DNA of 64,000 bases from Candidatus Hydrogenedentota bacterium (GTDB taxonomy: Bacteria > Hydrogenedentota > Hydrogenedentia > Hydrogenedentales > SLHB01). The number at the start of each line of letters is the position of its first letter. Positions within the stretch are counted from its first letter, which is position 1. The notes under the pieces were generated by a model, which saw only the letters and a program-made list of their open reading frames with translations, was not told where the DNA came from and did not search any database. Both the position numbers and the translations under genes were made by a program. This document shows, piece by piece, positions 1-9,126 of the stretch. The stretch covers positions 234,351 to 298,350 of the forward strand of contig CAVUWV010000009.1 of assembly GCA_963745075.1 (NCBI GenBank). The letters are read 5' to 3'.

Positions 1-606
1 CCAACTGATGCCTTGCCGGCCGTGGCCCACCTTTCCGCCCAACCCCCACCGAGCCAATGTCGCCAACCGTGGCAAGGCGCCGCCGCTACGTCCCAGCACG
101 AAACTGGTCCGTAGAATCACTTGCCGCATCTGTGGGAGTACCGCGCGAGCAAACGCTTCCTCCCAGGCTTGGCCGACGAACGGTGCGAGCCCGTAGCCGA
201 ACGCCGAGTCCTCATCGCACACGCGGTCGGGGGGATCGCCATAGCGGTGCGCGGTCGACATCTGAACCCAAATCGGTGGAGGAGACTGAATCTCCCGAAG
301 GGCTTGGCCGAGCACTTTCGTTGCCTCGACGCGGGAGCGCAGGATTTCGTCGCAGTGATCGGGGGTCTTGATGCAGTCCACCGTTCTTCCGACCAGATTC
401 ACCAACGCCGCGGCCCCATCGAGAACGCTCGCCCAATCTCCTGGACTGTGGCCGTCCCACGTGACGTGCCGCCATCGCGAATCTACCTCGGGCCGATTGC
501 GCGAAAGCAACACTACGTCGCACCCGAACGCGGCAAGATGACGTGCCAGATTCAATCCCAGGAAGCCCGTACCGCCGGCTATCACGATTCGTCCCGAGGG
601 ATCCAA
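1..606 (-). CDS. TIGR01777/YfcH-family NAD-dependent epimerase-like oxidoreductase (partial, runs off the left edge)
   Basis: Not in the ORF track. Manual translation from TTG at 606 (AGGAG 7 nt upstream): [24 protein letters not shown]...WDG...[17 protein letters not shown]...[10 protein letters not shown], with a Rossmann GGTGFLG motif. Confidence 0.85.
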   Translation of the reverse strand, partial: MDPSGRIVIAGGTGFLGLNLARHLAAFGCDVVLLSRNRPEVDSRWRHVTWDGHSPGDWASVLDGAAALVNLVGRTVDCIKTPDHCDEILRSRVEATKVLGQALREIQSPPPIWVQMSTAHRYGDPPDRVCDEDSAFGYGLAPFVGQAWEEAFARAVLPQMRQVILRTSFVLGRSGGALPRLATLARWGLGGKVGHGRQGISW

Positions 607-716
607 TTCATAGCTCCTACAACTCTAAAGTGTCACTTCATAGCTTCACGACAAACTTCTCTGTCCCGACTGATTCAACGAGTCCTTCCACGGATAGTCC
701 GTGACATCCCGCACCG

Positions 717-1583
717 TCACACCAGCGCAAACACCGGCGTGCTTTGGCTGCGAGTGTCCTCAAGAACGGTGGCAACGCCTGCTTCCGAAATGCCCAGCTT
801 GGCCCAGATCTCCTGGTTGGCCAAGTTCTGCATCTTCTCCTCGGGAATCTCCGCCAAGTCCAACAACTCGGCTACGAGTTCGGCGACCCGCACAGCCTCG
901 GCGGTTGTCTGGGCGTCCGGTGTGGCACGGTCCGGCTGGTTGTGCCACGTGACCGCATGCACGATAGTCTCCGGCAAATTCCAGTTCTCGAGCAATAGCC
1001 CACCAACCTGCCCGTGATCGAGCCCGAGGACCTCCCGTTCCGTGTCGGCCCAGGACACGTTCCCGCTTTCCGCCGCCGCTTCGACTTGGTCGTAGGCCTC
1101 CGCGAAACACTGGTCAAGGAGGAGCAACCCCACGTCATGAAGCAAACCGGCGATGTACGCGTCTTCCTCGAAGAGCGACGCGGACTGGGTCGCGGAGCGC
1201 GCCATGACGCGCCCGGCCACGGCCGTCGCCAAACTGTGGCGCCAGAAATGTTGGGGGTCCACGCGGCGAGCCAGTTTCCCAAAGGCGCGGATGAAAGCCG
1301 CCGCCGACACGACTTGGTGCACTTCCCGGAAGCCCAGCCGCACGATGGCGTCGCGAATGGAGACAATCGTCCCCGAAACGCTGCTGTAGAACATGGCCGA
1401 GTTCGCCACGCGAAGAACGTTGGCCGCGATGGCCGGGTCTTCCTCGATAACGATGCCCACTTCCTCGGCGCTCACGGTGTCGCTGTGCAACATCCGCTCC
1501 AGTTCCATGATGATCGCAGGCAGCGTCGGCAAGTCTTCGATCGCACTCAGTTTCGCGGTAAGTTCATCTTGAAACGAGTCCAT
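717..1583 (-). CDS. Stand-alone HDOD-domain protein
   Basis: LPTLP, DPAIAANVLRVANSA, AIVRLG, FWRHS, AGLLHDVG, DHGQVG..LL..WNLP motifs. Confidence 0.9.
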   Translation of the reverse strand: MDSFQDELTAKLSAIEDLPTLPAIIMELERMLHSDTVSAEEVGIVIEEDPAIAANVLRVANSAMFYSSVSGTIVSIRDAIVRLGFREVHQVVSAAAFIRAFGKLARRVDPQHFWRHSLATAVAGRVMARSATQSASLFEEDAYIAGLLHDVGLLLLDQCFAEAYDQVEAAAESGNVSWADTEREVLGLDHGQVGGLLLENWNLPETIVHAVTWHNQPDRATPDAQTTAEAVRVAELVAELLDLAEIPEEKMQNLANQEIWAKLGISEAGVATVLEDTRSQSTPVFALV

Positions 1584-1891
1584 ACATATTCCCTCTTTCC
1601 AGCCTTACAATACACAAAAACTCTGCCCGTAGCTAAATGCGGGTACGTGGGAACATCCCAAGGCAAACGCACTAGAATTGTCCATGTCGCGTCGGTTTGA
1701 CGAGTTTATGCCGGGCGCTCCCAGTTTGGCACAACCCGATCTATTTGCGAGGTTATTTCGTGCGAATGCCATGGGGGACACCGCCATCCAACGCCGTCGT
1801 CTCCGGCATCGTGGTAAACTTGAGTGTGGGTCCGTCGCTGGACCCCAAAACCGCTGCCAAGACACGCACCTCAACACATAGGAGTCTTGTC

Positions 1892-2254
1892 ATGGTTGAG
1901 CCAATTCCCAATCTTCCCGATAACGTTCTCGGTTTTACTGCCAAAGGAACGGTTACGGCAAACGACTACGATTCCGTCATCATTCCGGCGGTGGAGGAAA
2001 TGTTCTCCACGCAGGGCAAAGTCCGGTTCCTGTATCACCTGGGCGAAAGCTTCGAAGGATTCGAAGCCGGCGCCATGTGGGATGACACGAAGTTGGGTCT
2101 GAAGCACATTACCGGCTGGGAGAAAATGGCCCTGGTATCGGACGTCACCTGGCTTCGCGGCGCACTCAAGATCTTCGGGTTGGCGATCCCGGGGCACGTT
2201 CGCGTGTTTCACAACAACGAACTCGCTGAAGCCAAGCAGTGGGTCAGCGAATAG
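1892..2254 (+). CDS. SpoIIAA-like (STAS/SEC14) protein
   Basis: ATG 1892 after AGGAG; GTVTANDY, FEGFEAGAMWDD..LGL, EKMALVSD..W, AKQW pattern. Confidence 0.85.
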   Translation: MVEPIPNLPDNVLGFTAKGTVTANDYDSVIIPAVEEMFSTQGKVRFLYHLGESFEGFEAGAMWDDTKLGLKHITGWEKMALVSDVTWLRGALKIFGLAIPGHVRVFHNNELAEAKQWVSE

Positions 2255-2418
2255 GCGGTATCGTACGAGAACCACCTGAGTCACGAGGTGTCCCGACTAA
2301 TATCGATCCCGGAGGTTGCCTCGGCTTTAGTGAAATCGACAATTTGCCATAATTTGCCGGTTCGCGAGCCAAGATATTCCCCCGTTCGGCGTGCACAGCC
2401 CGTACTGGAGATAATTTC

Positions 2419-2447
2419 TTGACAGACGATCTGCGCCTGTCTAGAAT
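2419..2447 (+). promoter_or_regulatory. Sigma70-type promoter for the zinc-ribbon/TPR operon
   Basis: TTGACA-17 bp-TAGAAT; a second TATAAT at 2454-2459. Confidence 0.65.
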
Positions 2448-2516
2448 TTGGGGTATAATGAATGGGCGGGAGCGTTTGCGACCGGATTGACGCCCAAGGG
2501 CATGGAGCGAAACGGG

Positions 2517-2684
2517 ATGCCAGGGATCACCTATGTCGCCGTCATGCTGGGCGCTATCGTGTTGATCGCCGTTATGGTAATACCGTCTCTGTTGCATAAG
2601 AAATGCCAGAAGTGCGGCACGAGGAATTCACTTGACGCCAAGCTCTGCTCAAGCTGCGGGGAGCCGTTCCCGACGGAAGGTTGA
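2517..2684 (+). CDS. Small membrane-anchored zinc-ribbon protein
   Basis: N-terminal TM helix followed by CQKCG-x8-CSSCG. Confidence 0.75.
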   Translation: MPGITYVAVMLGAIVLIAVMVIPSLLHKKCQKCGTRNSLDAKLCSSCGEPFPTEG

Positions 2685-2750
2685 TTGACGGTTTTCCAGG
2701 AGAAGAGGCTTGGCGTTTTGGGGGCGCGCGGACGCCCGTAAACCTATGAG

Positions 2751-4361
2751 GTGAACATCGTGGCAACTATGATCAACTGCCCCTACTGCGGCAAACTCAC
2801 CGACCCTCAACTGGACAGTTGCGTTCATTGCGGTGGGTTCTTGAAGAAGCAGTCGGGGCGGCCCCAGCGGAAATCCTCGGCTCCCAGCCAAACCTGTCCA
2901 TCGTGCGGCGCGCTGGTCCGCGACGGGGACATTATCTGCGTCGCATGCGGCACCAACCTTCTCACCGGTCAGAAAATCGCCGAAGAGCGAAAGAAGGGGG
3001 CGGTCGTCGAGTCCAAGAACCCGACTACCCTTATCATTTCTGCGATCGTTGCGATCATCATCGTCGTGCTGGGGATTCTAGTGATTGTGTATTTGACCCG
3101 CGATCCGGTGGCACGGGCGAAAAAACTGGACGAAGCGGGCCGTACTACGGAGGCGATTAGCCTGCTCGAAGCCCATGTATCCAAGAAGCCGGACGATGCG
3201 CGCGCCCAGTATGAACTTGGAAGCCTGTACTGGGAACTCGGCAATTTCCAGCCCGCGGCCCAGGCGTTTAAGACTGCGTTGGAGAAAGACCCTTCAAATC
3301 GTAAGGCGGGGATCTTCGCCGTTCTTAGCTACGCGCAGCTTAAGGGCGATACCAGCCGGACCGCACAAATCGCGATCCTGGAGGATATGGTCCGGCACGA
3401 TCCCAACGACACCAAGGCCCTTTATTTGCTCGGTTTGGCCCGAGGAACTACAGGAGACTATCTGGGGCAGGTCGACGCGTTGCGCCAAGCCACGGAGAAA
3501 GCGCCGTCCGACGCCGCGATAGAAGCGGCCCTTGGCGTCGGATTGGCCCTCGACCACCAGTACCCCGATGCGGAACAGGAATTGAAAGCCGCGCTCGCGC
3601 AAGACCCCGGCAACGGCGATATCCTCGCGGCGATGGGCCACCTGTCGGCATTGCGCGGCGACGGGCCGACCGCCGCCGAGCAGTTGCGTTCCGCCGTGAA
3701 TGACGGCACGTCGCTTGAAGGTAGCGCCTTGACCCGCTTGGGGTTGCTCGCGCTGCAGAACGGAAAAATGCCCGAAGCGCGCGTGCTGTTCGGCGAGGCT
3801 GTTGATAAGGGCGCTGACGATCCCGTGACCCGCTACTTCCAGGCCGTGTGCCTTGCCCAGCAAGGGCTCAGTGACGGCGCCATCAAGGCGTTCGATGAGT
3901 TGTCGCAATCCTCGGGACCGTTCGCCACAAGAGCGGCCATCCAATTGGCGCGGCTGCAATTGAAAAACCAGGATCCGGACAAGGCGCTGGAGGCCCTGAA
4001 TCGAGTTACAGCCAATCTGTCCGGCACGCCGTGCGCCGAATTGGAAACGGTTCGTGGGCGTGTGTATTCCGCGCTCGGCGAAATGGATACCGCGCTTGAT
4101 GCGTTTCGGAAAGCCGGCCAGTGCGACCCCAACTATCCGCCGGTTCATCTCGAAAACGGATTGGTCCAGGTTCAACGGAATAACCTGCCCGAAGGGATCC
4201 GTGAACTCCAACGATACATCGACTTAGTCAATCCGGACGATCCCAATTCCGGAGCCGGCCAAGTCCGCGGTTTGATCGAGCAGCTCAAGCAATCGGCGCA
4301 TTCCGAAGCACCGGCAACCAGCGCGTCCGCGGTGCCCGTTACGCAAGGAGGCAACTCATGA
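2751..4361 (+). CDS. Double zinc-ribbon + TM + TPR-repeat protein (start may be 2760 or 2769)
   Basis: Four CxxCG motifs (CPYCG, CVHCG, CPSCG, CVACG), one TM helix, many TPRs (AQYELGSLY, ALYLLGLA, ALAQDPGN). Confidence 0.8.
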   Translation: MNIVATMINCPYCGKLTDPQLDSCVHCGGFLKKQSGRPQRKSSAPSQTCPSCGALVRDGDIICVACGTNLLTGQKIAEERKKGAVVESKNPTTLIISAIVAIIIVVLGILVIVYLTRDPVARAKKLDEAGRTTEAISLLEAHVSKKPDDARAQYELGSLYWELGNFQPAAQAFKTALEKDPSNRKAGIFAVLSYAQLKGDTSRTAQIAILEDMVRHDPNDTKALYLLGLARGTTGDYLGQVDALRQATEKAPSDAAIEAALGVGLALDHQYPDAEQELKAALAQDPGNGDILAAMGHLSALRGDGPTAAEQLRSAVNDGTSLEGSALTRLGLLALQNGKMPEARVLFGEAVDKGADDPVTRYFQAVCLAQQGLSDGAIKAFDELSQSSGPFATRAAIQLARLQLKNQDPDKALEALNRVTANLSGTPCAELETVRGRVYSALGEMDTALDAFRKAGQCDPNYPPVHLENGLVQVQRNNLPEGIRELQRYIDLVNPDDPNSGAGQVRGLIEQLKQSAHSEAPATSASAVPVTQGGNS

Positions 4362-5791
4362 ATTGGAGCCGCCCAATCGTCATCGTTACCGCTGTGACAC
4401 TCGTCGCGCTGCCCACGGCGCTCGCGTGGGGTCCGAAGGCAAGCGTCGCCATCGTCACGACGGCTTCCCGGCTGATATCGAAACAATCGGGCGTTCCGCT
4501 CGCCAATTTGGGCAAAGACGTCCAGCGCGGCGCATCCTTGTCCCAAAGTGAAATCGCGGACCTGATTCCCGGCGCGGATATGAACCCCGTCAACGCCATC
4601 GAATCGGAGATGTACCTGCTTGAAGCCGTACGTGGTTCGCGCGTCGATCCGTATTTTGCCTATCGCTTGGGCGCACTCGGCTCCCTGGTCGCCGAGGTGA
4701 CGACGCCACTTCACGACGCGAACCCCACCTACCGCAATCTCTACTACGCGGACGTGGAGGCAAACATCAATCAAGCTACGCTTCAGAGTAAACCTCGAGT
4801 ATCCGTTGATCCGGCCTCCTATTTCGCCGAAGCCGTCGGCAAAGCTCGGGACCGTGCCGATCTCATCGTCAGCGACTACAAGGCGGGCATCGGATTCAAA
4901 GGTGTCGCGGGCACCGCCCTCTCCGAAGACGCGAGCCGTTCCGTGAATGCCGTCGCCGATGTGATGCTGACAGTTCTGCGGGGAAGCGTGACGGTTACGA
5001 ACATCTCGCAAAACCAGATTCGTAATTACGTTCTGGACGCCATTCGGTTCTACATCGACCGCGATAACGACGCGGAGACGGAAGCGGCCTACGCCAAGCT
5101 GATGGACCTCGGCGTCACGACCGTGGATCTGCAGAAGCAAATCGGCGACATGTTCTACGACGCCGGCAAATACGACCGCGCGATGAAAGAATACAAAGCG
5201 GTGCTGGAAAAGGCGCCGTCGCGGCGCGATGTCATCGAGCGGATCGCTGATTACTACGTCCATGAAGGCGACGCGGCCCTAGCGGACAATGAACTCGAAG
5301 ACGCGTTGAAGGCTTACAACGATGCGCTCGCTGTCGATATGCTGCATCCCACGGCACAGTCGAAGAAGCTCGAAACGCAGGGCATGATCGCCGAACGCGA
5401 CGCCCGTCAGCAAGCGGCGCAGAAAGCCAATACCAAGGGCGACGACTTGGTGCGCCAGGCCGATCAGTTGATCTTCAAGCAGGATTTCACCGATGCGTTA
5501 AGCCTGTTGCAACAGGCCAAAACCAGCTACGGCGAAGTCACCGACGAATTTCCCGACGAAGCCCGGAAATCGCGCGCCGGATTGTTGCAGGTCGCCCAGC
5601 GCATCAACACGCTGCAACGCGATGTTGTGTCGAATGCGGGCAGTTTGAGCGGCCTCGGTGCTTCGGCGACCATCGGCACGGAAGCGGAAGAAGCTGCAAA
5701 GTCCGTTGATGAATCGGCGCTGCAGCAGATGGTCCAAACCCGGTTCCAGGCGGAATTGGATAAGCTTCGGGCCGAAAACACGACCGAATAA
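4358..5791 (+). CDS. Secreted protein: degenerate Zn-phospholipase C/S1-P1 nuclease-like N-domain + TPR/coiled-coil
   Basis: Signal peptide ending ALA|WG; AYRLGALGSLVAEVTTPLH; TPRs (IGDMFYDAGKYDRA). ATGA overlap with the upstream gene. Confidence 0.6.
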   Translation: MNWSRPIVIVTAVTLVALPTALAWGPKASVAIVTTASRLISKQSGVPLANLGKDVQRGASLSQSEIADLIPGADMNPVNAIESEMYLLEAVRGSRVDPYFAYRLGALGSLVAEVTTPLHDANPTYRNLYYADVEANINQATLQSKPRVSVDPASYFAEAVGKARDRADLIVSDYKAGIGFKGVAGTALSEDASRSVNAVADVMLTVLRGSVTVTNISQNQIRNYVLDAIRFYIDRDNDAETEAAYAKLMDLGVTTVDLQKQIGDMFYDAGKYDRAMKEYKAVLEKAPSRRDVIERIADYYVHEGDAALADNELEDALKAYNDALAVDMLHPTAQSKKLETQGMIAERDARQQAAQKANTKGDDLVRQADQLIFKQDFTDALSLLQQAKTSYGEVTDEFPDEARKSRAGLLQVAQRINTLQRDVVSNAGSLSGLGASATIGTEAEEAAKSVDESALQQMVQTRFQAELDKLRAENTTE

Positions 5792-5824
5792 GACGTCCGG
5801 TCCCAAAGTACATACCGCAATGCG

Positions 5825-5856
5825 AGAGGCGGCAGAAATGCCGCCTCTATTCTTCC
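5825..5856 (+). terminator. Rho-independent terminator
   Basis: AGAGGCGGCA-GAAA-TGCCGCCTCT followed by a pyrimidine tract. Confidence 0.7.
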
Positions 5857-5979
5857 CCTTCTGCCGGGCGCTGACAATCGCTTCCCACAATTGCGCGGCC
5901 CCGCCATTGCATTTATCCCTCGGGGTCCCTAGTATTCCTTTCAAACTGTGATCGCGGTGGTCATTGGGAGTCCGTACCT

Positions 5980-7629
5980 ATGCGTTTTAAGAATCGATAT
6001 CTCCTCCTCACACTGGTCTTGACCCTGGTCCCCGTCGGCCTTGCCCAGATGCAGCCAACCCAGACTTTGATGGTTCCCATGCAGGATGGCGTCAAACTCG
6101 CGACCGATGTCTACCTGCCCGAGGGCGACGGTCCGTTTCCCGTCGTCCTGACGCGCACCTACTACCCGCGCACGCTGGGCGGGTCCTTTGGCGCAGTCTT
6201 TACCGGCAAAGGGTTGGCCTTCGTCATCCAGGACAATCGCGGCCGTGGTGACAGCGAAGGGGAAGACCGCGTATTCGCCGACGATGGGTGGGGAAAACGA
6301 GAGGACGGGCTCGACACGGTAAACTGGATTCGGAAGCAGGAATGGTGCAACGGCGACGTTGGCACCTTCGGCATGTCGGCATTGGCCATCACGCAATATC
6401 TGCTCGCCGGGACCGGCGTTGATCTGGAAGCCCAGGTAATCTGGGCCGGTTCCAGCGACTTCTACGGACAACTCTCCTACCGGGGCGGCGTTTTCCGGAA
6501 AAGCATGGTCGAAGGTTGGACCGCCGCAAACAAGTCGTCCCAAATCCTCCCCGAGTGGAAAGCCCATCCGTCGCGCGACGCGTTCTGGCAGGGGTTTGAT
6601 TCGAACGCCCGCGCGGCCGAAGCCACGGCGCCTGCGCTCCACATCGGCGGCTGGTGGGACATTTTCGCCCAGGGCACCATCGATGCCTTTGTGGCGCGCC
6701 AGCATCACGGCGGCGACGGCGCGAAGGGCACGCAGCGTCTGGTCATGGGCGCCTGGACTCACGGCGGCGCGCCCCAAGACAAAGCCGGGGAGTTGCCGTT
6801 ACAACCGAACTGGAAATTCGATTTCAACGGCGCGTCGATGACTTTTCTCGATCATTATCTGCTGGGCGGCGAATCCGAAATCGCGGACGGCCCCGCCGTT
6901 CGGTACTACACCGTCGGCGATACCTCCGACCCCGACGCCCCCGGCAACGAATGGCGAACCGCCAATGACTGGCCGCCCTTCGAGACCGTCGAGACGCCGC
7001 TGTACCTGGCCCCCGGCAAGACCTTGACCCGCGAACAGCCCGCGCAAGCCGAGCCCATCGCATACACCTTCGATCCCGCCAACCCCTGTCCCACCGTGGG
7101 CGGCTGCAATCTGATCTTACCCGCGGGCTCTTTCGACCAACGAAAACTCGCGGAGCGATCCGATGTATTGACGTTTGCGACCGAACCCCTCGATGCGCCC
7201 CTCGAAATCACCGGCCGCGTCAAGGTGCGCTTGTTCGTATCGTCCGACGCCCCCGACACCGACTTCACCGCCAAGCTCGTCGACATCTATCCCGACGGCC
7301 GGGCCATGTCCATGCTGGACGGTATCCAACGCGTGAAATACCGCAACGGATTCGAGAAACCCGACCCCCTCGCCCCCGGAACCGTCAGTGAACTCGAGAT
7401 CGACCTCTGGTCCATCAGCCTTATCGTCAACAAAGGCCACCGGATCGGCCTTTACGTCTCCAGCAGCAACTACCCCGCCTACGAAGTCAACCCCAACACC
7501 GGCGCTGACTTCCCCACCGAAGGCGGCGAACTCCGCAAAGCCGTGAACACCGTCTACATGGACGCCGACCACCCCAGCGTCCTGCTGCTGCCGGTGCGAC
7601 CCCAAGAGACGAAAGTCGCCAAGAAATAA
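5980..7629 (+). CDS. CocE/NonD family serine hydrolase (secreted)
   Basis: MQDGVKLATDVYLP, QDNRGRGDSEG, GTFGMSA nucleophile elbow, GGWWDIF, GAWTHG, C-terminal DTDFTAKL and SSSNYP. Confidence 0.9.
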   Translation: MRFKNRYLLLTLVLTLVPVGLAQMQPTQTLMVPMQDGVKLATDVYLPEGDGPFPVVLTRTYYPRTLGGSFGAVFTGKGLAFVIQDNRGRGDSEGEDRVFADDGWGKREDGLDTVNWIRKQEWCNGDVGTFGMSALAITQYLLAGTGVDLEAQVIWAGSSDFYGQLSYRGGVFRKSMVEGWTAANKSSQILPEWKAHPSRDAFWQGFDSNARAAEATAPALHIGGWWDIFAQGTIDAFVARQHHGGDGAKGTQRLVMGAWTHGGAPQDKAGELPLQPNWKFDFNGASMTFLDHYLLGGESEIADGPAVRYYTVGDTSDPDAPGNEWRTANDWPPFETVETPLYLAPGKTLTREQPAQAEPIAYTFDPANPCPTVGGCNLILPAGSFDQRKLAERSDVLTFATEPLDAPLEITGRVKVRLFVSSDAPDTDFTAKLVDIYPDGRAMSMLDGIQRVKYRNGFEKPDPLAPGTVSELEIDLWSISLIVNKGHRIGLYVSSSNYPAYEVNPNTGADFPTEGGELRKAVNTVYMDADHPSVLLLPVRPQETKVAKK

Positions 7630-7648
7630 GGAAAGGATCACGCTACCG

Positions 7649-7730
7649 CGTAATTCTGAGCGCCAGCGAAGATTCTCATGGCAGTCGGGCGCAGGCGTAA
7701 AGAGTTTCTTCGCTGGTGCTCAGAATGACG
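7649..7730. repeat. REP-like 29-bp inverted repeat pair
   Basis: CGTAATTCTGAGCGCCAGCGAAGATTCTC (7649-7677) pairs with GAGTTTCTTCGCTGGTGCTCAGAATGACG (7702-7730), 4 mismatches. Confidence 0.7.
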
Positions 7731-7790
7731 GACAAAGCGCAGTCGAACGACGAGCTCACTGGGACCGCCAGGCACCGGCCTTGCTCTTCA

Positions 7791-7826
7791 TCCTCCCCCC
7801 GTTCACGGGGGGGGGGAACAGAGGGG
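7791..7826. repeat. C/G-tract REP-like hairpin
   Basis: TCCTCCCCCCGTTCACGGGGGGGGGGAACAGAGGGG. Confidence 0.45.
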
Positions 7827-7990
7827 CTTCTCCCCAAAGCCGATGAAATCTCACCAGAGTCTCTACCTAACCGGTCAACCCGAAACCGTACTTTTGGGGC
7901 TGCCTTCAGGGTGTTCCTCCGTGCTCGCGCGGTCGCCGACCGCGCGATTCAGTGTACTTGGTCGTGCAACGGCACTACAGAGGTCGACTC

Positions 7991-8788
7991 CTACAGATTC
8001 TCCCGCGCGTAGGCGACGGCGTTGCGGAAGACTTGGAGACCTGCGCCTTCTTCGGGGAGGTTTTCGCGGTACCAGCGGGGATGGTGGTGGCGGTCGATGT
8101 AGGCTTCCGGGTGGGGCATGAGGCCGAAGATTCGGCCCGTGGCGTCGCAGATGCCGGCGATGTCGTCCTGGGAACCGTTGGGATTGTCCGGGAACTCGCC
8201 GTGGGCGGGTTCGCCGTCGTGGCGGCAGTAGCGCAACGCAACGTGACCACCCGCCTTCAACGTGTCCAGGACCGACGCGTCCCGCGTCACGAACTTGCCT
8301 TCGCCGTGGCGGATGGGGAGTTCCAGCCGCGCAATATCCTTCAGCCACACGCATTTCGTGTTCGGATCGCGTTTCAACGAGACCCACCGATCCTCGAACC
8401 GGCCGGAATCGTTGTGCGTCAGCGTGACTTCCTGTTTGAAGCCCCCGTTCAACATGGGGAGCATACCCATTTTCACGAGCACCTGGAACCCGTTGCAGAT
8501 TCCGATGACGAGCTTGCCGTCGTCGACGAACTTCCGCAGGTGTTCCCCCAAGGCATAGCGCAGCCGATTCGCCAGGATGCGCCCCGACGCCACGTCGTCG
8601 CCAAAGGAAAATCCGCCCGGCACCGCGAGGATGGCGTACCGCTCCAGATTCTCCGGCGCTTCCCGGACGTCGTTCAGGTGCACGCGCTCCGCCTTGGCTC
8701 CCGCCACGGACAGCGCGTGCGCCGTCTCGTTATCGCAGTTAATCCCGAATCCCGTCAGAACCAGTGCATGTACAGTCTTTTTTGACAA
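7991..8788 (-). CDS. purQ: Phosphoribosylformylglycinamidine synthase subunit I (glutaminase)
   Basis: GFGINCD, PGGFSFGDD, GICNGFQ (catalytic Cys), HGEG, NPNGS, MPHPE; probable TTG start at 8788. Confidence 0.95.
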   Translation of the reverse strand: MSKKTVHALVLTGFGINCDNETAHALSVAGAKAERVHLNDVREAPENLERYAILAVPGGFSFGDDVASGRILANRLRYALGEHLRKFVDDGKLVIGICNGFQVLVKMGMLPMLNGGFKQEVTLTHNDSGRFEDRWVSLKRDPNTKCVWLKDIARLELPIRHGEGKFVTRDASVLDTLKAGGHVALRYCRHDGEPAHGEFPDNPNGSQDDIAGICDATGRIFGLMPHPEAYIDRHHHPRWYRENLPEEGAGLQVFRNAVAYARENL

Positions 8789-8884
8789 GGTGCGTTCTTT
8801 CCCTAACTCGGAGTTGAACCAATACGCTTCGGCGCGGCGAGATTCCACGGGACGATACCAATTCGGCGTCCTCGCGTAAGTGTT

Positions 8885-9057
8885 CCGAAGAACATCCCCC
8901 TTGATCCCCCTTCAAAGGGGGAAGCGTGCTCAGGCGCGTTTGTTGGTGCTTGCTTCACCCGACGCGTCGAATCGAAATTTTCGGTTGCCTTTAGCACAAC
9001 GCAAAGCGTTGTGCCCAATTCCCCCTTTGAAGGGGGATCAAGGGGGATGTTCTTCGG
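8885..9057. mobile_element. REPIN/MITE-like element: perfect 39-bp inverted repeats around a 95-bp core
   Basis: CCGAAGAACATCCCCCTTGATCCCCCTTCAAAGGGGGAA at 8885-8923 and its exact reverse complement at 9019-9057. Confidence 0.7.
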
Positions 9058-9126
9058 TCTAATGCGAACAACCGAGTGCAAATTGAGTGCTCCCGTTGGG
9101 CTTGTGCGGCTTCTTGACGTCGTCCG

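Noticed and set aside
121..1017. 298-aa plus-strand ORF and many similar long antisense ORFs (e.g. 9196..10590, 29600..30991, 62643..63704)
   Set aside because: Shadow ORFs opposite well-supported genes, expected at high GC; no recognisable motifs.
1584..1891. c-di-GMP riboswitch or sigma54 promoter near the HDOD gene
   Set aside because: GGCAAAC and TGGCAC occur, but without the downstream riboswitch elements or a correctly spaced -12 TTGC.
8803..9081. Small ORFs over the purL-purQ gap (IPLDPPSKGE / SPFEGGSRGMF)
   Set aside because: These are translations of the inverted-repeat element, not proteins.
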